From: Entomortierella parvispora E1425
Lineage: Eukaryota > Fungi > Mortierellomycota
NCBI GenBank assembly: GCA_020891255.1
Contig: BQFW01000004.1
Location: forward strand, 2,108,001 to 2,172,000
DNA: 64,000 bases
Direction: 5' to 3'
This document shows, piece after piece, positions 11,916 to 22,107 of the stretch (positions are counted from its first letter, which is position 1; every line of letters starts with the position of its first letter). The notes beneath the pieces are model-generated. The model did no database searches. It had not been told where the DNA came from and saw only the letters and a list, made by a program, of their open reading frames with translations. The translations under genes and the position numbers were made by a program.

Positions 11916-12754
11916 ATGTAGGTTATGTTTTGTGCAAAGACGACGCATCAAAGTAGATGCCGTCAGGAATTGAGAGCCAGTTATTTTGCTTTCCCAGGAA
12001 CTGCGCCCACCCACTAACCACCCTCACCCACAACAAACAAAACGTCCAAAAAAAATGCAGGTCTTCATCGCAGTTTTCATCCTCGCCTCCAAGTTCAGCC
12101 TCGTTGCTGAGCGAGCACAAACCTATACCGGCGGCCCAGTCCAAGGTGCACGATCTTGCCCGCCGTTATTCAGCCATGGCGAAACAGTCTGGCGGTGGAG
12201 CCGAGACGTTGGTGCTTCCTCATGATACCAAAAACAGGGCCCGTGGAGGATCCTTTGGCAGGACAGAAGGTTCCAAGGTCTCCAGTTTGTTGGGCAAATA
12301 CAAAGAGTCCACTCAGGCTGCAGCTGCCGTCGGAGTATCTTCTGGACAGAGCCCCGTTGGCCGATTCGCTTCAAAGGAGAACGAAAGCCAGTGGATGAAG
12401 CAATTGGAGGAGCAGGCGGCTTGGGTGAAGGAAGAGGAGGAGGAAGCGGTGGAAGATCAGACTGCCCCTCATGGAGCTGCTGATGGTGTTGACTTTGAGA
12501 AGGAGATCGAGTCGACGCTGAAGGTCACCGATCTGGTTGACATCCCATTGAGCAACAATGCTGACGTTGCAGAGAATGAGGAAGTAACCGAGGACGTTAC
12601 AGAGTCCATTGAGGACGGTAACAGGATCGAGAACCATGAAGAGGTCGAAGGCCAAGATCTGGCCGACAAGAATGTAGTAGCCTTGGAGCAGGAAGAGCAC
12701 CAAGAGCAATTGGAACAGGCAACAGAAGCTGCTGACAGGGATCTTCAGGCATAG
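11916..12754 (+). CDS. Unknown disordered protein with an acidic C-terminal half; start codon split by intron 11918-12060
   Basis: AT|gtaggt...cactaac...tgcag|G TCT TCA joins to the 265-aa ORF frame; SKVHDLARRY and SKVSSLLGKY short repeated motifs; E/D-rich tail. Confidence 0.7.
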
Positions 12755-13315
12755 TACGAGGCTTGATACACACCAACTCGAACTTGATCTGACAGCCATG
12801 AGCAGCCAAGTCGACTATTCACTTCAATTGCAAATCAAATAAACGCACAAGCTATATAGTGCCTCAGCAACCAAAAAGCAATTGAGCAAGGGTTTCATTC
12901 ATAGACTTCTTCACTTATTTATTAAAGCTGGGTAACGAGATCCCGAGAAGTCAAGAAAAGAAAAAAAAAATCCAAAAAGATGCAAATGACTAATATACAC
13001 AGACCAAGAGGGATGCAAAGGTGAAAGATCCTCAAGATCATAGGGTGGTGTTGTCGACAATGTGCATCATTAGAAAGAAACGAAGAGGGAGTGAAAAGTA
13101 TGTAGGGGAACTACAATTCAACTCGAATTGAACCGCCATTGATGAGGCACAGTCGGAACAAAAGAGAGGGGCAAGAGTTGAATCAAAGAAATGAAAACAT
13201 AAAAGTAGGGTCTTCAGCACAGGTGAGAACTGCAATTGTTTTAAAGATGAAAATGGACAGAAAAAAGGGAAAACAGAATGAGAAAACGATGCTAAGGGAC
13301 AACCGTGTTGACAAC

Positions 13316-13866
13316 TTAGATCAAGAGCTTCTCGATCTGGAGCTTGATAGCCAAGATCTGGGCCTTGAGGTCAGAGCCCTCGTTGGAGGTGACGGAGGCA
13401 GCAATGACGGGGCGGGAGACACCGCAGGCACGGCCAAGAGCGGTCTTGGAGGGGACGAAAACGTAGGGGACGTTCTTGTCCTCGCAAAGAAGGGGCAAGT
13501 GCAAGAGAATCTCAATGGGCTCGGTATCGGCGGTCATGACGATGAACTCGGAGATACCACGGTTGAGGGTCTTGGTGGCCTCGTTAGCTCCCTTCTTGAG
13601 CTGCTTGTAGTGGGAAGCCTGCTGGACCAAATCCATGATGGAGTTGGTAAGAGCAGCATCGGCAAGAGGCCAGGCCTTGGGGTTGAGTTCAGCCTATGGA
13701 GAGAGAAAGAAACAAAGATTGATCAGGTTAGACAGATGTCCCATGATGAATGATCTGAACGCCACGATTCCAGGTTCTGTGGGATTCAATTCGGCTTGTC
13801 GTTCCGAAGGTAGGAACAACCACGAAGTTGATCAGCGGCGAGTGGCGGCGAAGAGATCCTTACCAT
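13316..13866 (-). CDS. SNU13: 15.5K/Snu13 U4 snRNP and box C/D snoRNP protein (L7Ae family); exon 1 is the ATG only, intron 13694-13863
   Basis: [12 protein letters not shown]...[50 protein letters not shown] is the canonical Snu13 sequence. Confidence 0.97.
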
Positions 13867-14164
13867 TTTAGTGATGTGTAGTTGGTGGATGGGAGGAGAG
13901 ATGAGTGAAGAAAAAAGAAATGCAAACAAGGCCCCAAGTATACGGAAAAAGTGAGACTGTGTTTTTTTTTTTTTTTTTTTGCATTGTTGTTCAGGCTAGC
14001 AGCACAGTCACAGTCACATGACCAATCGCGCGTCCGCGAACGGCGCGGTGGCGTGTCCAATCAATCAAACTTTTGCAGTACCGCCTTCGTCCTGTGAAGG
14101 TAGCTTCCTTCTTCAGTACGAACACCCACTGCAAAGCAACCCTACTAGTTTCATCTCTGGAGCC

Positions 14165-15506
14165 ATGCTTATCACCTATTTTCTCTTTCTGCCTCTGGTA
14201 GCCCTGACGTTCCGGACCACCATGACCTCAGGAAACTCGAAAAGGGCGGATACCGTCTATGGTAAGTTTCGTTGAGTGATTAGAACATGAGATATATTAG
14301 GCCGAACAGCTCAACTCGACTACTTTTTTTTACTTTAGTAACAATGACTGAATATCGATACATACCAGTTGCCGTGAATTTGCCAGCGATGATGTCGGGG
14401 TCAGCACCAATCCTTCAGGCGACTCAAGGTACTGTGCTTTATATGACTTAAGAAAAAGTGTGAAGTCGCCCCTACTGTTCTTAACAAATGGAGTGGATCC
14501 TCCTGATCATGTCCTAGGTACCGTCAACAATGTGAATCTGCTGTCCGCTTTCGCCCCGACAAAGGAGTCGATCGCAAACTCAATGCCTGTTCAGCCAGTC
14601 CTGTCGATGAACCGTGGTCCGTTGCCGATCTCACCGTATGAACCTGGATACCACGATGACGAGCAGGTGACACCTAGAGCACCCTATTCAGACTTGATTA
14701 TCTCTGCTAGTGTTGAGTCTGTAGTTCCAAGTCAGGTACCAATACTGATTCCCGCCTCGATAGCAAGTCTTGTTGTAGACAACCCTACTTCATCAGCCTC
14801 AGCCGCAAGTCCAATCCCAATCCAAGTACCAGCTCCTTCTCGAAATGCAAATTCCGCGTCAGAGTTGGTGCCCCCTTCGTTAGCTAATCCAGCTCCTGCA
14901 AATCCTACACAGGCAGCAAGTCCAGTTGCTAGCTCAGCACCAACAAGGCCCATTCAGGCAGCACCACAACCACCACAACCATCATCATCATTATTGCCCG
15001 CACCGATCACTGCATCTGCTACAATTTCAGTTCCCAGTGACACCTCTCTGGCTCCTGCGCTACCTGGACCTCCATCCGAGTACACGTCAACAAACATCCC
15101 GTTTTTGCTTCCCACCAGTCTTCTCTCGACGTGGCCTTCGTTCATGATTTCCTCAGAGGCACCAACAAGTTCTGTGGTTTCTCACACACAAAGTTCAATC
15201 GCCTCAACAACTCTCAGCTTGCACTCGTCTGACAAGACGAGCGTCACGTTGAGCGACACCAGAAAAAAATCTCCCACTACGGCCGAGCCTACGGGCCCTA
15301 CCTCTGCCTCGGAAGATATCACCGAAACATTCACCAGCACCGCGACCATCACGTCGACTGTGGCCGGCGAGGCAACAACGTCACCCACCACCACCTCCTC
15401 CTGCCTCTCAATCCGTGTCCACAAGCAGTTGTCTGCTTTGATATGGTTCCAGGCGTCGATATCCATGTTCCGGTTGATCTACGACTTGAGGATGGTTTTC
15501 GAGTAG
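14165..15506 (+). CDS. Secreted Ser/Thr/Pro-rich mucin-like protein, at least 3 exons
   Basis: Signal-peptide-like MLITYFLFLPLVALTF; GT-AG introns at about 14262-14339 and 14429-14518; long S/T/P-rich exon. The 3' end may be frameshifted (see findings). Confidence 0.65.
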
Positions 15507-15816
15507 ACGTACCTACAAGACCGTTTTGCAAAAGGCACCAGCAACAAATAAAAACATTCAAAGTTGCTGTAGTTCCCGATCCAAATATCACATGTTGTAG
15601 GCATTTCATCAGGGTTTTCTAATGCGGAATGGGGATATTTTATGACGAAAATGCATAGGGTGGGATATGATACAATGATGGGAAGGGGGCGCAAAGTAAC
15701 AGCGACAGCCAAGAGTCGAATAATGGTCGATCCAATTGATCCCAAGAGTTCCAGTTGTTTCTCCTGCAAGCAGGTCAATCGGGTGCGATGGGGTTCTCTC
15801 ATCCTCTTTCTGATCT

Positions 15817-16258
15817 TTAACGAGCCTTGAGGTTTCCGGCCTTCTTTCTCAATCTCTTGGCCTTGTTGGCAGACATCTTTGCAGCCAAAGCCTCGATTCT
15901 CTCCTTCTCCTCCTGAATCTTTTTCCGCTCTTCCGTGATCTCTCTCTTGCGCTATAGAATAAAACAAAAAAAAGGCATTTAGTTATCAAAGCAGTGTGGA
16001 AAAGGACATTAACCAAGCAGAGAACCTTGGAGGCAAAAGGGGAATACATACACGCTTCTCGTCAATCTTTTCCTGCTTCATGGCCTTGGCCATATCCCTG
16101 GCAATGTTGTGCTGCTTGGTCTTTGCGATACGGGCAGAGTATGTCTGCTTCAAGGCGGTGGGCATCTGGGATCGGCGAGTGGGGGTCTTTGCCATCTTCC
16201 AGTCCTTTCCTGAGACTCTGGTGGCAGGCTCCTGTGGGATGTTCTTCTTGGCGGTCAT
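15817..16258 (-). CDS. CGR1: Cgr1-family coiled-coil rRNA-processing protein; one intron at about 15953-16051
   Basis: RVSGKDWK motif, basic coiled coil, and a spliced exon RKREITEERKKIQEEKERIEALAAKMSANKAKRLRKK. Confidence 0.85.
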
Positions 16259-16973
16259 TGTGATGAGAGAGGACTGATGGAGGTATGATGGGGTGATGAG
16301 ATGCAATGAATGACCAGTCCTTCGATGGGTTCAGCCAGGCAGGGCTTGCAAAAAAAAAAAAAAAAAAAAAAAAATGAAGCTGCGATTTCCTTAAGGGTTC
16401 GCAGCCTTCACAACAAAGCAAATCAAGGGTGAGAAGTCACTTTTTTGCCACCAAGGAGTCCACGCCCCGCTGTCAGGGACTGAGAGCTTGCGGGGACGAC
16501 GACTCGAGGCATCCATGACGCAGTGAAGTAATCATGAGGTGAATGCAAAGAAAGAAGGGTTTTATTTGAGAGACTGTCCGAAGATGTAAGAGTTGCATGG
16601 TTTGTGTACCTGTAAAAAGGAAAAAAAGCAATGCCACGGATGGCAGAACTGGGCAAAGGAGGCAAGCGAGGAAAGGGAAGCGAGGAGGAAGAGGACGAGA
16701 GAGCAAGGACGAGAGGGTGAGACAAAGAGAGACAAAGAGAGAGAGAGAGAGAGGAAGATAGGGAAAGGGCAAGAGAAGAGCCGAGAAGAGCGGGGCGCAA
16801 GGAAGCAAGGAAGCAAAGAAGAGAAGGAGAGGAAGAGAGCACACAAGGAACAAAGAAGCACGCACGCACGCACACACGCGACCGTGGCCCACTCACACCG
16901 CACTGAGTTTATTCAGTTCACACACTCGTTCACCCACCCATTCACACTCGCCCCTTCGCCCAGTCCCAGTCCC

Positions 16974-19900
16974 ACAGTCCAGTCCAGTATCCAGAATTCA
17001 CATTTTTTGGGAACAAGCAATATTCACAGAAATTTATGGTCACGTGTATGTAATTAAGGGCGTACCATAAAGTCCAGGGGGCGGACTTCGAGGTACGATG
17101 AAGCAAATCCATTCTGAAAAAAAATGCAAATCCATTCTGGCCGTTCATCCTGCCAGCCCCCTTTTCTGATAAGACAACAGACCAAGAGTGTATTCAAACT
17201 AGCGCATGAACTTGAGAGACTGCAGTAGTTAAGTAGTCATTACAGAATTAAAGGGATAACAAGTAGAAAGCCAGAATGTTGTTTATTCAATCGCAGCTGC
17301 AGGTTTTTTTTTGATTACTTTTCTGTGGTAAGAACATATACCCCCGGCACGCTCAATTGGTTCCCGAAGACTTTCAAACGCCAATTGTTTTCGCACATCC
17401 AAGTCACGCTCAGCAGGCATCTCATGAATCATACCCAGAACGTGATAGATCACATCCTTGAAGTACTGGTAGTTTTTCCTATTGGAAACTCCAATATTGC
17501 CCCTGCGATATCGCCAATCTTTGCCAAAGGACACATCTAGTTGCCAGATAGGAGGGGTAGCTCCAGAACCTCTGAACCACCGTCGCCATATCTCATCCAA
17601 ATCGACGGGTACGGCGTCTTTTCTGTTCCCATCTCGCGCCAGCACAATATTATCAATATTTGGAGTTATCTGAGGTAGGGTCCATATTCGCTCAGAAAAG
17701 CTTGCTGCAAGCGCCGCAAGGTGACCTTCGAGATTTCCCTCCAATTGACGCTGCTGCTGCTGCTGATCGTGCTCTTGTAAAATTGGCGTTTGCTGTTGCT
17801 GTTGCTGTTGCGGTTGCGGTTGCGGTTGCGGCTGCGGTTGCGGTGGTGGTGGTGGTGGTGGTGTTGTTGTTGCTAGGTGTTGACTTTGTTGTTCTAGATC
17901 AAGATCTTCATCAAGTCTGATCTCGAGTCGCCGTTGCTTTGTTCGTTCCCTACGACGATCTATCAAAGTCTCGTCGTCGTCATCATCAACTTGTTCCTGT
18001 TCGTACTCTTCATCCATGATGGACAATGCATGTGGGGAAGGGGGTAGTGAGCGGATAGGAGGTGTTGACGATGGCACATCCACAACGTCTGGAGCAATAC
18101 GTGCATTTTGATGAGTTGTCTGGTTCCGCTGCGCTACGCGGGCCTCCTCCCGCCGATGTTTTCTTAAATTCTCTGCCATGACCATTCCCGAGACTTCTAA
18201 GCCGAGCTCCATGCTCTCCATGTTTTTTCGCGTTTGTCGAGGTTGAGTAGAGGTGGGATGGATCTGAGGTTCTTGCGGTGTTAAAGATGCAGGCCTTCGG
18301 ACTGCCTGTTGTATTTGCTGGACATGCTGAATGCATTCGATAGGCGCAAAGACTTGAGTGCGCAACGAATTCTCCAGCTCTGAAGCAGTTCTTGCAAGGC
18401 TTATATCATTTGATGCGGATATGCCAGTCATCTGCCTCATTTGTGCTCGAATCTGAAGATCCGCCGCTCGTAACATATCAGAGAGCATTGAGAAGATCCC
18501 CATTGTGGCGTGTTGGTTTAATTCTCGATGCTGCTTTGCAAGTGAATCCATGACGTTCACGTTCAATTCGCGAGATGTTGCTGCCTCGTCCCTTAGAATC
18601 TTGGGGAGACCTTCAGTGATCGCCTTTAGTTTGTCCAATTTCGACTCCACAACTTGATTGTGATGATGAAGACCCGGTAAATTGGCCTTGATACTATCTG
18701 ACAGAGGCGAGACAGATGTTTCCATGGATTCGATCAGGTTTTTCTGAAATTCTAGGAACTCGATTGATTTGAAAAGATCGATGTCGAAGATCTCATGTCG
18801 ATGGTAGGGGCGATCTGGGATTGAGAGAGACATCAAGGCGACTGCGTCCTGCAGCACAACTTTGCGGAGGTGGGCGAGAAGAAGAAGAAACCGTATGAGC
18901 CTAATGTCCCTCTTCTCTATAGGCATGCGACGATCGACTGGTCGATTCAAATACATATCTCGATCCATCATGACGTTTTCGACCCATACTGTCCAGTCGG
19001 GGTACGTGAAGCATGTCTCTATGAACGGAAAGACTTTTCGCTGCAAGTTGGCGTCTGGAGTAAGAGTGTTCCGAGCTAACCAAAGGCGTTCTCCAGGCAA
19101 AGTACAACCAGCCAGTTTCATAGGAACATCCTTAGGGAAACTGCTGAGGTAGTGAGTGACGACTCGCCTTCCTGTCTGCCAACGACCATGCTGAGAAATT
19201 GCTTCGATATCAGCTCCTGCTTCCTGTGCATGCCGTGCTCCTGATCCACGATGCCCGTGCAGTGGTTTGCTAGTTTTCACTCCAATGCTATCCAGCCCTG
19301 ACTTGCCGGCCGCGCGGTGGGTGGAATCATGCATCTGTTTTTCTTTCGTCATTTCCAACAAGCAGAAAAATGTCGACCCAGGAGTTATCTGCGGGGTCAA
19401 ACTTTTTAAGCTGAAGTGGAAAAAAAATGGGATAAAGTCACTCAGTTAATTGTATGGCCTTCAACATATCAACAAAAACATATGGCACCAATATTTAATG
19501 GCTATTACCAAGAAACGTTCGAGAAGATGAAGCGCCAGGCTGCCAACAGGACATATCTGAACATCCTTGTTCCTGACAACGCTTCCATAGGCCGCCTTTC
19601 CATCTCGATTCGTCTTTCCTCGCAACATTTGAAGGATAACTCCCAAAGTGAACTGGTGACCATCCTTCGGATGTTCATATGCATGAGAGAATATGTCAGA
19701 CAACCTGGCCATACGCAAGTTTTCGCCTCGAGACATCATGAAGTGCAGCCAGGATCCACTAAGACGACTTCGAAATCCGACGATCTTCTTTCTCTTTGTT
19801 CTTCCGTGGTATCTGTGTTGCCAGCCATCCCACATTAAGGCAGACAACTCTGGTATATCATATCCACTGTCAAAGTTGAGAGTCGCTGTGTCTTCTGAGG

Positions 19901-21803
19901 TGAGTTGGGCGGAATACTCCAGAACATATCCCTTCATGAGTGAAGACAGCTCTGGAGATCGTAAACTGATCGTAGGATGCCCAAACATAACCTTGTTGCT
20001 CGGATCTGCCTTTTGCATCTTAAAAAAGATCGAAGCAGGCTTTGACGTATTGCATGACTGTTTCTGGAGCCGGCAGTTGGCCGTCAGGATCATAGCCATC
20101 CTTTGTTTTGCTGACTCGTAGAGGGCGAATCCCTTTTGGCAGCTCAGGGTCGACAGGGTGTTTGGCGACGTTGTGGGTCATGTAAAGGAGGAAGCGACTG
20201 GGAAGTACATTGGGTTTGACATAGCCCATTCGTTTGCACCAGGCCTATTGTCATGGGAGGTAATGGATTACTCTGTTATGGTCAATAACGTTTGAAAATG
20301 ATGAGCCAGTCAACTGTAGCAGCAGCATTCTATTACCACCCAGTGCCTCTGATAGCGGCCATATGTTGCCTGGGTACTCTTGGCCTGTTGTTGTTTGCCT
20401 TGGCGAGCAGCTTGCTGCAGTGCGGAGATCTCCATGTCTGCGAGTTGTTGGTCGAAGTCTTGATCGTCTAAATAATCTCGACGAGCGGCAACGTCCTCTG
20501 TTCCTTGCATGAGTGGGTCATCACTAGCATCCAGCTCTTGATCGGCGATAAACTGAACAGGTCCATCATCAACCTCCAACTGGGCCCGCTCCTCGTCCTC
20601 CGCTCTTTCACGGTCAATTTCTTGCTGGGACCGCATGATTTCTTCTGGCAATGATTCTCGGGAGGACTGAGTCAGCTTGGCCACAGCCAAACGCTTTTTG
20701 GTCTCCATCTTCCTCAATTCCCTAGTCTGGTCATCTTCCTCGTCATATTCCGAGTCAGAGGATCCATCGCTCTCGTAGTCACTGCCATGGGCCTCGGATG
20801 TCCTCAAATCCAACTCCCCCTGTGAATACACAAGCTCTGCTCCACCAAAGATATCATCCATGCAGTCTCGGTGAGGTCTCTGCGTCATATGCGCTTTTGG
20901 TAACCGCGAGCTAGCTTCTCCTTCCGACAGATCGCTAGAGTCTTGTGGGATAGCACGCTCTTTCCCCTTGGAGGCGCTATATGACAGGTCTCTGTCATTA
21001 TTTTGCTGATTTCTGGGGCCACGTTTCTTGCCTTTGTCGCTCCTGGATTTTCTCTTTTGAGGAACAGCATTGCTTGCACTCGAACCAGCTTGCGCTCTTT
21101 CGTTTTGGTTCTCGTTCATTTCACCCTGTTCAGATAGTGGTAATGCATATGCTGATGAAGATGACCCTGAGGAGCTAGATCCCGAAGTCGCATGAACTTC
21201 ATTAGACACCAAAGAAAGCGAATGAACATCCAATCCTTCTTTCGCTATGCAGCCATGTTTTCCATGCTAAAGCAGACAGTGCGACAATGTGCAAACATAC
21301 CCAGCGCATGAAGAGCAGTTGTTGTCGCATTGAAGTCTACATTGGGTTGGGTTGTCCTTGCCGCCCAATGGCTCTGGGAACTGAACATGCAATCTTCCCT
21401 CGTTTGGAGATGAAACGTTGGCTAATGGTTGTCCAGCGTGGGAAAAAATAGTGAGCAGTCGGTAGGGATAGTTTGGCGAAGGAGGGGGAAGAAAGGAAAG
21501 AAACGAGGCGCTCTGGATCTTGAGAATTAGAGTGAGTAAGAAGGAAGGGTGTTAAGAATGGTTGAATGGTTCGCGGAAAGCATGCAGCGTGCAATGCAGT
21601 CGCGCCACCAACTCCAACATAAAAAGCCCAGCCCAAAACCCCTTAAAAGACTTAACTACCCTGTCCCTCGCCCCGATGCGATTTTCGCCTTCACGGTGTT
21701 CACGCACAGAGTGACTTTTCTTAGTTTTTTTTTACTTTAAGCCACCAATTGAATTGACCTTGTGAAACTGTGTTCACGTTAGACCAATACAGTCCAGTCC
21801 AGT
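16974..21803 (-). mobile_element. CryptonF-type tyrosine-recombinase DNA transposon (putative extent)
   Basis: Encodes a YR (Ndc10-II-like) domain plus a C-terminal GCR1_C-like domain; delimited by identical 15-bp direct repeats ACAGTCCAGTCCAGT. The boundaries are inferred. Confidence 0.75.
17283..21388 (-). pseudogene. Crypton tyrosine recombinase + GCR1_C gene with 3 introns and two +1 frameshifts (at about 20022-20027 and 19338-19342)
   Basis: SRGENLR (R), GKTN (K), HGHR (HxxR), GRW (W) and VVTHYL (Y) catalytic motifs; WVDIFLLVG motif; C-terminal DLDEIWRRWFRG...PPIWQLDVSFGKDWR; introns at about 21250-21300, 20247-20336 and 19411-19508. Confidence 0.85.
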
Positions 21804-22107
21804 CCAGCCCAGTCAGCCCGCCCTCACGCTCTCCATCTCAATTCCAGAATATAATATTGTCTGTCCTATTGCTATCGCATCGAATCGATCCCCAATCAAT
21901 CAAGCGTCCTCTGGATCCCCTCCTTTCTCCCCCGCCCCCTCGCTGTCATCTCTGATCCTTACATCGACTGACCGGATCCTGCCTCCGTCCATCATCACCT
22001 TTGCCTCCCTACTTCACTCTTTGCCGGCCAGGGAACGTTCTACCCGCCTGCTGCTGAAAGACACATCGACCGCACTGCATTCCTAGCTGCTGTGCATCTG
22101 GCCAATC

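Noticed and set aside
13694-13863. Possible intronic snoRNA or autoregulatory K-turn in the SNU13 intron
   Set aside because: No RTGATGA box C on the sense strand and no convincing tandem G-A K-turn; only a small hairpin. The ATGATGA/CTGA pair is antisense and too close together.
16423-17057. Overlapping 110-160 aa ORFs upstream of CGR1
   Set aside because: Translations of GA/CT-rich promoter or UTR sequence.
17033-17071. 8-bp inverted repeat TTTATGGT/ACCATAAA as a transposon TIR
   Set aside because: Too short to be significant, and no counterpart at the other end of the element.
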